From Acidobacteriota bacterium (GTDB lineage Bacteria > Acidobacteriota > UBA890 > WLXD01), in assembly GCA_965205505.1 (NCBI GenBank), contig CBDBHB010000007.1, forward strand, positions 96,001 through 160,000: DNA of 64,000 nucleotides, in the 5' to 3' direction. Positions 42,975-52,566 of this stretch are shown piece after piece. Position 1 is the first letter of the stretch; the number at the start of each line of letters is the position of its first letter. Position numbers and translations under genes: made by a program. The notes under the pieces are model-generated. The model saw only the letters and a program-made list of their open reading frames with translations, made no database searches and was not told the DNA's origin.

Positions 42975-44033
42975 TCAATCGAGCACCGCGTCGGCGAGCA
43001 ACTTCAACTTACCGTTCATGCGCGCCAGGTCTGGCGCCGCGTTGTCGTGTTCTTGCTGTGTCACCACCACCATGTTGAGGCTCGGGATCATCACCACGAT
43101 GCGCGCGTCCCAGTCGCCGTCGGCGACGTAGGTATCTGCTGGCGCCCCCGGCCACGCCCGCCGCGGTGTGCCGCCGACAATGCCGTTGAACCACCATGTG
43201 TAGCCGAAGATTCCGGGCCCGAATTCAGTCTGGCTGCACTCGCCACCAAACGTCCCAACCCCCAGGTAGTCATTACATGCCGTGACCGGTGCCACCGCCA
43301 TGGATCCCGGTACCTGCACGCGCACACTGTCGCTGAAGTGCGACTCTGCAATCACCTGATGCGTCCGCCAGCGCCCACGGTTGAGCCATAGCTAGCCGAC
43401 ACGGGCGAAATCGCGAACCGAGATCAGCACGCCGCAGCGCGCCCGCGCGCCGCTGAGTCCGTCCTCCAGCTTGAGGCGTCGAAAGCGCTTGCGGATTGCC
43501 TGCGCTACGGTGCGTCCGCCGAACACTTTGCGGAGCGACTCGCACAACAGCCGAATGCCATTGTCGTTGTAAGACCATGCCGCGCCGGGTCGGTCGGGCA
43601 TCGCGTAGCCGCTGATGTTGTTTGCCAGATGATGGAAGGTGATGCGGCGATCTACGGTTTTGAGCTGCGGCCAGTCGGGGGCAATCGACTGATGTACGCC
43701 GCTCAGCTTGCCCTCGTCGAGCGCCAAGAACAGCAATGTGCCCAGAAGCGACTTCAGCGCCGAGGCCCAATCGAGGCGCTCGCTCACGACGCCCCAGCTG
43801 CGAACGATGTACCCGTCGCGCACGATCACGCCATTGCCCCCGACCTTTGCGACGAACGCGTCGAGCGTCCTGCCGTCCAGCTCCAGGGCCGACGCTGTGC
43901 GAGTCTTCCAATGCGCTCGCGGAAAAACGGTGGCTCGATCGAACGAGCCGCGCGAGGCTCCCACCGAGACGTCGGCAGAGGCGAGAACGCAACACAGGCC
44001 GAGGGTCATCGAGACGACGAGTCCAGATCGCAT
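42975..44033 (-). CDS. Serine hydrolase (beta-lactamase-like) interrupted by in-frame TAG at 43392-43394
   Basis: SALK, WSYND, RDFARVG*LWLNRGRW, GYTWWFN in one frame. Confidence 0.8.
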
Positions 44034-44219
44034 GCTGCGCGTTCCCTTTCATCACGATTGCCGGCGGCGACGACAACGGTAGCTATAGCAGATGTGTGTC
44101 GAGCTGAGAAGTAGAGCACCAGGAGCGCAGCCAGGGCGCCGTTGAGCGTTCAGTTCTGGACGGATAAGGTCCGTCGTAGTGTCGCTGCCGAGCGGGCGTG
44201 GCGAGTGAGCAAGAGAGCG

Positions 44220-45407
44220 ATGAGAGTCTATTCCGACGCACCAGCAGTGGGTGGGTGCGTGGCGGCGCTGATGCTCGTCACCGCTTTGGCGGTGGCAGCG
44301 TGCTCACCGGGTGACAACGCTGACGGCGCGGCAACCGTCAGCGGCGGCGCGCCGGAGTCGTTCGGGACGCTGCCGGACGGGCGCGACGTTGGGCTGTTCA
44401 GGCTGACCAACGCCAACGGCCTCCAGGTACGAGCCATCGAGTACGGCGCCATCCTGCAGTCCATCGAGGTGCCCGATCGCCACGGTGAGCTCGCCGACAT
44501 CGCTCTGGGCTACGACACGCTCGACGGCTACCTTGGCGACAGCCCTTACTTCGGTGCCGTCGTCGGACGCTATGCGAACCGCATCGCCGCTGGTCGCTTC
44601 TCCATCGACGGGACGGTTAGCACCCTGGCCACGAACAACGACACCAACCATCTGCACGGTGGCGATCGAGGCTTCGACAAGGTGCTTTGGCGTGGCGAAG
44701 CCCTTGGGACGAACGAGGTTGCTTTCGCCTACCGGAGCCCGGACGGCGAGGAAGGCTACCCAGGTGCGCTCGATGTCACGGTCACCTATCGGCTCACCGA
44801 CGACGATGAGCTGGTCATCGACTACCACGCCGTTGCCGACGCGCCGACCCCTGTCAACTTGACCCAGCACACGTACTTCAACATGGCGGCCAGCGGCGAC
44901 ATCTTGGGCCACGAGCTCCGCATCAATGCCGATCGCTACACACCCGTCGATGCAACGCTGATTCCGACCGGCGAGCTGTCAGCGGTGGCCGACACGCCGT
45001 TCGACTTCACCACCGCGGCCGCCATCGGGGCGCGTATCGATGCTGACCACGTACAGTTGCGGCATGGCGGCGGCTACGATCACAACTTCGTTCTCAACAT
45101 CGCCGCGGGCACCGGAATCGACGCGCCGATTCACGCTGCCCATGTCGTCGAGCCGAGTAGCGGCCGAGTGCTCGACGTATACACCAGCGAGCCAGGCATC
45201 CAGCTGTGCTCGGGCAACTTCCTCGATGGCTCACAGGTGGGCAAGGGCGGGCGTCGCTACACGCATCGGTCCGGGTTCTGTCTGGAGACCCAACACTTTC
45301 CGGATTCCCCGAACCAGCCCTCGTTCCCAACGACGATCGTTCGTCCGGGTATGGCTTATCGAACGCGAACCACGCTGCGCTTCTCGGCGAGCGCTCCCGC
45401 TCAATGA
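44220..45407 (+). CDS. galM: Aldose 1-epimerase, probable lipoprotein
   Basis: GRYANRIA, HLHGG, EEGYPG, NLTQHTYFN, GYDHNF, CLETQHFPD; lipobox-like AVAAC. Confidence 0.92.
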   Translation: MRVYSDAPAVGGCVAALMLVTALAVAACSPGDNADGAATVSGGAPESFGTLPDGRDVGLFRLTNANGLQVRAIEYGAILQSIEVPDRHGELADIALGYDTLDGYLGDSPYFGAVVGRYANRIAAGRFSIDGTVSTLATNNDTNHLHGGDRGFDKVLWRGEALGTNEVAFAYRSPDGEEGYPGALDVTVTYRLTDDDELVIDYHAVADAPTPVNLTQHTYFNMAASGDILGHELRINADRYTPVDATLIPTGELSAVADTPFDFTTAAAIGARIDADHVQLRHGGGYDHNFVLNIAAGTGIDAPIHAAHVVEPSSGRVLDVYTSEPGIQLCSGNFLDGSQVGKGGRRYTHRSGFCLETQHFPDSPNQPSFPTTIVRPGMAYRTRTTLRFSASAPAQ

Positions 45408-46213
45408 TCCAGCACAAGCTGTTGGTCGGCACCGTGGCGTCGGCGATCGGCGTATCGGCCGCCCTTACGGCAATCGGTGCGAGCGCTGTGGCCACGACGC
45501 AGTCGGCAGAAACCGTTCGCATCCTCACCTACAACATTCATCATGGTGAGGGGATGGACGAGCGCATCGATCTGGAGCGCATTGCCGCGCTGATCAATCG
45601 GCTCGAGCCTGACTTGGTGGCCCTGCAGGAAGTCGACAGAGTGGTTGATCGCACCGGCGGCGTCGATCAGGCGACGGCGCTCGGCGAGCTCACCGGTATG
45701 ACCGCCGTGTTCGGCGAGTTCATGTCGTACCAGGGAGGCGACTACGGCATGGCCTTGCTCTCCCGTTGGCCGGTGATCGAGACCACCAACCATCGGTTGC
45801 CGGACGGTGTAGAGCCACGCTCGGCGCTCGCCGCGCGGGTACGCTCGCCTGCCAGCGGCCGGGAGCTGGTCTTCGTCGGTGTCCATCTGTATCGCACTGA
45901 CGAGGAGCGCCTTGCTCAGGCCAAACGGGTCGCCGACGTGCTTGCTGGCGAGGAGACACCTGTGGTGCTGGCCGGTGATTTCAACTCGACACCCGACTCC
46001 GAGGTCATGCGACAACTGGCGCGCACCTGGCACATAGCTGACAAGGGAACCGACCGGCTCACATGGCCGTCTTACGAGCCGGAAATGGAGATCGACTACG
46101 TACTGCTGCGGCCGGTCGAGGCCTTGCGGCCCCTCGATCATCGGCTGCTCGACGAACCGGTGATTTCCGATCACCGGCCGGTTTGGATCAAGCTGCGCTG
46201 GGACTACCGCTAG
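45404..46213 (+). CDS. Secreted endonuclease/exonuclease/phosphatase family protein
   Basis: TYNIHHG, LQEVD, GDFN, IDY, SDHRP. Confidence 0.9.
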   Translation: MIQHKLLVGTVASAIGVSAALTAIGASAVATTQSAETVRILTYNIHHGEGMDERIDLERIAALINRLEPDLVALQEVDRVVDRTGGVDQATALGELTGMTAVFGEFMSYQGGDYGMALLSRWPVIETTNHRLPDGVEPRSALAARVRSPASGRELVFVGVHLYRTDEERLAQAKRVADVLAGEETPVVLAGDFNSTPDSEVMRQLARTWHIADKGTDRLTWPSYEPEMEIDYVLLRPVEALRPLDHRLLDEPVISDHRPVWIKLRWDYR

Positions 46214-46242
46214 CAGGCCACTTTTCCACCACGGTCTGCTAG
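46210..46242. repeat. Internally deleted copy of the CTAG element
   Basis: CTAGCAGGCC + ACTTTTCCACCACGGTCTGCTAG reproduce both termini of 4879-5157. Confidence 0.7.
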
Positions 46243-46341
46243 TGGCCTGTGTTAGAGGACACCAGAGCCGGCGCTGCATGGGCCCGAGCCTGCGCCACCC
46301 GGTGTCGTGACCTGACCCCACGGTTAGTACCACGTCTAATC

Positions 46342-47226
46342 TCAGTAACTCGGTGCTGACAAGGGGTTGTTGAGGCCGGCGAAGCGGAGCGTAGCCGGCT
46401 TCAACAACAGCGCCTCCGGGGCCGGTGGTCGGTAGCCCAACGAGCTGTGCGGTCGCATGCGGTTGTACTGCTGCCTCCATCTCTCGATCAGAACCTTTGC
46501 CTCCTTGAGCGTGTAGAAGATCTCGCCGTTGAGCAGCTCGTCTCGGAGCTTGCCGTTGAAGCTCTCCACGTAGCCGTTCTCCCACGGCGAGCCCGGCTCG
46601 ATGAACAGCGTGCCCACACCGAGCCTACCGAGCCAGTCGCGAACCGCCTCGGCGGTGAACTCCGGTCCGTTATCGGACCGGATGTGCTCAGGTATGCCCC
46701 GGTGCACGAACAACCACCCGAGCCGCTCGAGCACGTCCTCACAGTTGAGCTTCCGTGCCACGTCGATCGCCAGGCTTTCTCGTGTGTACTCATCGACGAT
46801 CGTCAGCAGCCTCATAGCCCGACCCTCGTGCGTCCGGTGATGGACGAAGTCATACGCCCAGACGTGATCTTTGCGCTGTGGTCGCAGCCGGATGCACGAG
46901 CCATCGCTGAGCCACAGCCGGGCTCGTTTGGGCTGCTTTGTCGGTACTTTCAGCCCCTCACGCCTCCAGATACGCTGCACTCGTTTGTGGTTCACCCACC
47001 AGCCCTCCATACGCAACAACGCCGTCACTCGCCGATACCCGTAGCGCCCGTATTGTCGGGCTAGATCCACGATCCGCTCCGTCAACATCTGCTCATCGCC
47101 CGGTTCTCTTGGCATGTACCTGTGTGTCGTGCGTGGTTGTTTCAGTACCCGGCACGCCCGCCTCTCGGAGACGCCCAGCCGCCCCTGTACATGCGCCACC
47201 GCCTCGCGCCGTCGAGCTGGGCTCAG
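46342..47226 (-). CDS. IS3 transposase OrfB (DDE)
   Basis: [40 protein letters not shown]. Confidence 0.93.
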   Translation of the reverse strand: MSPARRREAVAHVQGRLGVSERRACRVLKQPRTTHRYMPREPGDEQMLTERIVDLARQYGRYGYRRVTALLRMEGWWVNHKRVQRIWRREGLKVPTKQPKRARLWLSDGSCIRLRPQRKDHVWAYDFVHHRTHEGRAMRLLTIVDEYTRESLAIDVARKLNCEDVLERLGWLFVHRGIPEHIRSDNGPEFTAEAVRDWLGRLGVGTLFIEPGSPWENGYVESFNGKLRDELLNGEIFYTLKEAKVLIERWRQQYNRMRPHSSLGYRPPAPEALLLKPATLRFAGLNNPLSAPSY

Positions 47227-47501
47227 AAGTTTCCCTCCGCGACTTCCTTCAGGATCGACAGGTCGAGCTCTTTCTCCGCCACCAGTTTCTTGAGCCGGGC
47301 GTTTTCTTTCTCCAGCTGCTTGAGCCTTCTGGCCTGGTTGACCTTCAGCCCCCCGTACTCCCGCCGCCACCGATAGTAGGTGTGCTCGGTGATCGCTAGC
47401 TTGCGGCAGGCATCCTTGACCGTCCCGCCTTGCGCCAGCTCCACTTCAGCCTCCCGGAGCTTGCGTACGATCTGCTCGGCGCTGTGCCTCTTCGTCGGCA
47501 T
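47223..47501 (-). CDS. IS3 transposase OrfA
   Basis: [32 protein letters not shown]; GGGAAAC slippery site at the OrfA/OrfB overlap. Confidence 0.93.
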   Translation of the reverse strand: MPTKRHSAEQIVRKLREAEVELAQGGTVKDACRKLAITEHTYYRWRREYGGLKVNQARRLKQLEKENARLKKLVAEKELDLSILKEVAEGNF

Positions 47502-47606
47502 TCTGACCTCCCCTTTTCGACCCAGATCGTGAGATTACCTCTGGATCCGTTTTGGGGGGTCAGGTCAGTCGGGCATACGTCTGGCGACGAGGGATTGTTG
47601 CAAAGG

Positions 47607-47654
47607 TCGACTACACAATGTAGATTCGAAACCTCAGACTCTACAATGTGAGGT
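47607..47654. promoter_or_regulatory. Putative PadR operator pair
   Basis: CTACA-caa-TGTAG palindrome and a second ACAATGT core inside ACCTCA...TGAGGT directly upstream of padR. Confidence 0.5.
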
Positions 47655-47658
47655 TGAT

Positions 47659-47988
47659 ATGGGTGTCGACTACCCTGGTGAGTTCGAGCAAATGCTGCTT
47701 CTCGTGATCCTACAGCTCGGCGACGAAGCCTATGGCGGTCGGGTTCGCGGCCAGCTCACCGAGCTGGTTGGTCGCGAGCCGTCCGCCGGCGCGCTCTACA
47801 CCACGCTTCAGCGCCTGGAGACCAAAGGTTGGATAGGTGGACGTCAGGCGGTTGGTTCGGCGCAGAGCGGTGGGCGGCCGCGGCGCTACTTCCGGGTGAC
47901 CGCCGAGGGGCTCGGCGCATTGCGGCGCTCGCGTTCGGCGTTGCTGACGCTCTGGGAGCCGGTTGTCGGGGCACTGGACGAAGTATGA
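47659..47988 (+). CDS. PadR-family regulator
   Basis: GEFEQMLLL, AYG, GALYTTLQRLETKG, GGRPRRYFRVT. Confidence 0.92.
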   Translation: MGVDYPGEFEQMLLLVILQLGDEAYGGRVRGQLTELVGREPSAGALYTTLQRLETKGWIGGRQAVGSAQSGGRPRRYFRVTAEGLGALRRSRSALLTLWEPVVGALDEV

Positions 47989-50736
47989 GCCGGCCACGAG
48001 GACTCCTGGGCCGGCTGCTGCTCCGGGTCGTGCCACAGCATGGCTTCGCGGCATCGTTGGTTGGCGACCTGGACGAGATTCACACGCGGGAAACACGAAG
48101 GCTGGGTCATGCTCGCGCCGGTGCCCGTCACGCGCGTCGCGTTATCAGCGTGCTGCTGCACTTCGGTCGCGCCCGGTTGGGCGGAGGCGGGGCGCAAACC
48201 GAGGGCCCGGGAGGCGACCTCGAACTTGGGTGCCGAACTGGTGGCGCCAACGCTGCCTGTGGCCCGAAGCGCCGCGCGTCGGGCGGTTGGGGGCGGGGCC
48301 TGGGGACAGGATCTGCGTGTTGCCGTTCGCAAGTGGGCGCGAAGTCCGCTGGCCGCGCTCGTCGTGGTGCTGACGCTCGCCGTTGGTATCGGCGCCAACA
48401 CCGCCATTTTCAGCGTCGTGAACGGCGTGCTCGTGCGGCCGCTTCCATACGCCGACGCTGGCCAGCTCGTTGTCGTCTACACGGAGCTACAAGACCAGGG
48501 CGAGACCATGCCGGCGAGCTCGCCGCCGGAGTTTCAGGACCGGCTCGATCACGCCGACGCCTTTGCGTCGCTGGGAGCCATGTGGTACCGACCCGCCGCC
48601 CTGACCGACGACGGTGTGGAGCCCGAGGACATCGACATGGCGTTCGTCTCCGCCGGGCTCTTGCCGACGCTCGGTGTGGAGCCGCTGCTGGGGCGTTTTC
48701 CGCGACCCGAGGAGGATCACACACGATCGCGCGTCGTCGTGTTGGCGCATGATACGTGGCAGCGACGCTATGGTGGCGATCCCGATCTCGTCGGCAAAAC
48801 AATCGAGTTCGACGGTGTCGCACAAACGGTCGTCGGCGTGATGCCGGCCAAGTTCCGCATGCTGTTCCCGCCCGACGTCCGCATGCCCCCCCGCGTGGCC
48901 GCGTGGATGACTTGGGGCGGCCGCTACGACGAGTATCCGCGACGCTGGCGCGTCTTGACTGCGATCGGTCGCCTGCGACCGGGGCTCAACGCCGTCGCTG
49001 CAACAGCAGAGTTGCGTGGTGTCGCGGAGCAGGTCCGCGCTGACCATGCCGACGACTACGCCGGCTCGGGCTACGACTTGCGACTCGAGCCGCTTGCGGA
49101 CGACCTAGTAGCGCACTCGCGTCCAACGCTGGTGCTCCTGCTCGTCGCCGTAGGGCTGGTTCTGCTGATCGCCTGTGCCAACGTCGCTAATTTCATGTTG
49201 GGACGCTCGGTGCACGCCTCGCGTGAGCTCGCGATCCGCGGTGCGCTGGGGGCCACCGGCTGGCGGCTGTTCCGGCAGCTAGTGACGGAGAGCGCGGTGA
49301 TCACCTTTGCCGGCGCAGCGCTCGGGCTCGCCCTGGCGAGCTGGGGGATCCGAGCATTGCCCCTGCTGGCGCCGGCGGATCTGCCGCGTGTGGAGGCGGT
49401 CGGTATCGACGCGTCGGTGCTGATCTTCACGACGCTGGTAGCGGTGGCGACTGCGCTGGTTTTCGGCAGCGCGATGGCGATGCAGCTGCGGACGCATAGC
49501 CGAACAGAAATCTTGAAGGCGGGCGCTCGGGCGCTCACTGGCTCTGGTAGCGAGCGCGTACGTAGCGTTCTAGTTGTGGGCCAGGTGGCGCTGTCGTTGA
49601 TGTTGTTGATCGGCGCTGGGTTGGTGGTGCGTAGCTCGCGCGTCGATCCCGGTTTCGAGGCGTCCAGCGCGCTGACCATGTAGCTGTCGTTGGTCGATGC
49701 TCACTATCCTTACACCAAGCCGGCGAAGATCGCGGAGTTCTATCGGCAGCTCGTCGCTCGCGTCGGCGAGCTCGCCGGTGTCGGCGCCGTGGGTGCTACC
49801 ACGCAGCTACCGCTCGACGGTAGCTCGTACTCGATGGCGCCCTATGCCTACGAAGCGGCGGAAGGCGTTGTGGAGTGGAACAGCATCGCGGCGAACTACC
49901 GCACGGTAACCGCCGGGTGGCTCGAGGCGATCGGGGCGCGGCTGGTCGAAGGACGGACGTTCGACTGGACCGACGACATGGATGCGGCGCGGGTTGTCGT
50001 AATCGATCAAAGCCTGGCGCGTCGGGCCTGGCCCCAGGCCAGTGCCGTGGGACAGCGCTTGCAAGTCGAGGTCTTCCTGGCTGGCGAACGCTATAGCGAG
50101 TGGGCCGAGATCGTCGGCGTGGTCGAGCACCTGCGGCACCACCCCAGCGCCCAGGGATCCGAACAGGTCTACGTGGCACATTCCCAGGCTCCGATGCGGA
50201 CCATGGCGTTGACTGTTCGCACCGACGCCGATACGCGCTCGCTGGTGGAATCGGTGCGCGCCATCGTTCACGACCTCGATTCCGACCAGCCGCTGCAGCG
50301 GGTACGTCCGCTGGCGGAGTACCTCGGCGAGGCCATCGCGCCGATGCGTTTCGCGCTCACGTTGCTCGGCGCGTTCGCCATCGCCGCGCTGCTGCTGGCG
50401 ACTCTCGGTGTGTATGCCATCGTGGCGTACGGAGTAGCCCAGCGGGCTCGAGAGCTCGGTATCCGCATGGCGATCGGCGCATCTCCGACGGCCGTGGTCC
50501 GCGACGTGGTGGGTCGGATCGCGGTGCTCGCGGCAACCGGCGTCGCCATCGGTCTGCTCGGCGCGTTGGCGATGGCGCGGTTCATGTCGGGACTCCTGTT
50601 CGGCGTGGCGCCGACCGACCCACTCGTATTCGCCGCGGTGGCTGGTCTGTTCATTGCCGTGGCGCTATGCGCCTGCTACATACCAGCGCGCGGCGCCGCC
50701 CGCTTGGATCCCGCCAGCGCCTTGCGCCGCGAGTAG
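47985..50736 (+). pseudogene. ADOP-type duplicated MacB/FtsX ABC permease, disrupted
   Basis: N-terminus (LVGDLDE) starts at ATG 47985 in another frame; TLAVGIGANTAIFSVVN, LLIACANVAN, in-frame TAG at 49681, RELGIRMAIGA, IPARGAARLDP...LRRE. Confidence 0.82.
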
Positions 50737-50745
50737 CTTCCTCGC

Positions 50746-50772
50746 CTAGTGGCGGGCCCGACGGCCTGCTAG
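50746..50772. repeat. Short CTAG-bounded relic sharing the left end of the CTAG element
   Basis: Minus strand CTAGCAGGCCGT-CGGGCCCGCCA-CTAG; first 12 nt identical to 4879-4890. Confidence 0.5.
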
Positions 50773-52538
50773 CCGTCAAGGCGATCGACGGTGCCACGGA
50801 GCAGGAGCCAGGTGTCTGGGTCGAGCACGACTGCCGTTGGTTCGGTCCCGGCGTCGATCGATAAGCGATCCGAGGCCGTGCGCAGCTCGATGACCTCCCG
50901 GTGGCGCGATCCGTCGTCGTTCTGCAGCTCGATCGTGAGCGGCATTCGGTACACATAGTTGCCCGGCTGGCGGAGCTCCAGAACGACCGCACGCGAAGCA
51001 GCATCGTAGCGCCAGGAGCCTTCCAGGCCGAGCCCCCCACCGCCGCGGTACAGCCACTGATCGAAGAACCATTTCAGCTCATGTCCCGACGTTTCCTCCA
51101 TGACGCGACGGAAATCGTCGGTCGATGCGTGCCCGTTGAAGTAGTTGGCGTAGTACCGACGGATTCCCTCCCAGAACGTCTCCGTACCCACGAGGCCGCG
51201 CAACATGTGAAGTGTCCACGCGCCCTTCTGGTACTGCATGCCGGTGGTGATCGCCGACATGTCGTCGAGGTTGTCGTGTACGACGCGATAGTCGGGGTTG
51301 TCGTCGTAGAAGGTCAAGACGCGGTTGCGGGCGCTGCGCAGGCCGTCGACAAACGCGTCGCGACCGTACTCGTGTTCGATGAACAGCAGGGTGAAGTAGG
51401 TAGCGAAACCCTCGCTCAGCCAGACATCGTCCCAGTCGTACTCGGTCACCGCGTTGCCGAACCACTGATGGGCGATCTCGTGGATGATGATGTTGCGCCA
51501 CCGGGTGCTACGGGTTCCGGTAACCGAGTCGTCGCCATAAAAGATCGCCGAGGCAGCCTCCATGCCGCCGCCGACGCTGTTGGATTGGATGTTGGCGAGC
51601 TTCTCGTAGGCGTACGGCCCTATCGAGTTGCTGTAGAAATCCAGCGCCTCGCGCGTCGGGTAGGCGAAGTCGTAGAAACCCGCGTCGCGGTCCTGCGCAT
51701 AGACCCACGTCTGTACAGGCACACCGGCGTGATCGCCGAGGTGCTGTACGGCGAAACGCGCCGCGCCGAGCATATATAGCCACGGGGCGATCGGCACCGA
51801 CTGACGCCAATGGGTCAGGCGGTTCCCGTCAGCCAGGTCGGTCTCTTCGACTAGCAGCCCGTTGGAGACGACCTGATAGTGGCCGGGCGCCGTCACCACC
51901 AGTTGGCTCTTCGCCTTGTCGTACGGGTGATCCACGGTCGGCAGCCAGTTGCGAGCCTTGTTCGGCCAGTTGTCGGAGAAAAACGTGCGGTCGCCGTGCT
52001 TGTTATCACCGATGATCAAACCGGTGGCCGGGACGCCGGCATAGGCAACGGTCACGAAGACACGCTGGCCTGAAGTGGACGAGCTCGCCAACTCCACACG
52101 AAGACGCTCGGCCTCATGAGTGAACGGTGCCGGCGCGCCTCGGTCGGCCTCCGATACCCCCGGTGCCATCACCGTGTGCTCGTCGAGCCCTTCAGCCAGC
52201 CAGGCGCCGGTCACCCGCATCCCGTGCGGACTGTCGGGAGCGGCGCGCCCGATGAGATCGAGCTCGATCGCGGTGAGCCCTGTGGCGCCGAGCCGCAGGT
52301 CGATGGTGGTCAAGCCGGCGATCGAGTCCGTGTCGTCGCTCAGCGCCAGCCGGAAGACATATTCGTTGACGTCGATATTCGGGTTCTTCGGGTACGTATC
52401 GGAGGCGGAGGCGCTGGCGGATACTACTGATGCGGCGAGTGTGATCCACAGCGCCATCGCAGCCGGCATGCGGCGGGCTCTGCTCAAATGACCAGTGCCT
52501 GCCGGTAGTGGACCGCGATTGCAGTCGGGAGTGCGCAT
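50769..52538 (-). CDS. M1-family metallo-aminopeptidase (secreted); start uncertain
   Basis: GGMEA, HEIAHQWFGN...WLSEGFATY, YQKGAWTLHMLR. Confidence 0.92.
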   Translation of the reverse strand: MRTPDCNRGPLPAGTGHLSRARRMPAAMALWITLAASVVSASASASDTYPKNPNIDVNEYVFRLALSDDTDSIAGLTTIDLRLGATGLTAIELDLIGRAAPDSPHGMRVTGAWLAEGLDEHTVMAPGVSEADRGAPAPFTHEAERLRVELASSSTSGQRVFVTVAYAGVPATGLIIGDNKHGDRTFFSDNWPNKARNWLPTVDHPYDKAKSQLVVTAPGHYQVVSNGLLVEETDLADGNRLTHWRQSVPIAPWLYMLGAARFAVQHLGDHAGVPVQTWVYAQDRDAGFYDFAYPTREALDFYSNSIGPYAYEKLANIQSNSVGGGMEAASAIFYGDDSVTGTRSTRWRNIIIHEIAHQWFGNAVTEYDWDDVWLSEGFATYFTLLFIEHEYGRDAFVDGLRSARNRVLTFYDDNPDYRVVHDNLDDMSAITTGMQYQKGAWTLHMLRGLVGTETFWEGIRRYYANYFNGHASTDDFRRVMEETSGHELKWFFDQWLYRGGGGLGLEGSWRYDAASRAVVLELRQPGNYVYRMPLTIELQNDDGSRHREVIELRTASDRLSIDAGTEPTAVVLDPDTWLLLRGTVDRLDG

Positions 52539-52566
52539 GCCGGTGACCTCGCGGAGCGACGCCATC

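Larger units (their letters stand above)
46308..47567 (-). mobile_element. Complete IS3-family insertion sequence (IS407-like), 1260 bp
   Basis: TG...CA ends, IR TGACCTGACCCC / GGGGTCAGGTCA, 4-bp GTCG duplication (46304-46307, 47568-47571). Confidence 0.95.

Noticed and set aside
45401-46585. 394-aa minus-strand ORF
   Set aside because: Crosses the IS3 boundary and is antisense to the EEP gene; chance frame
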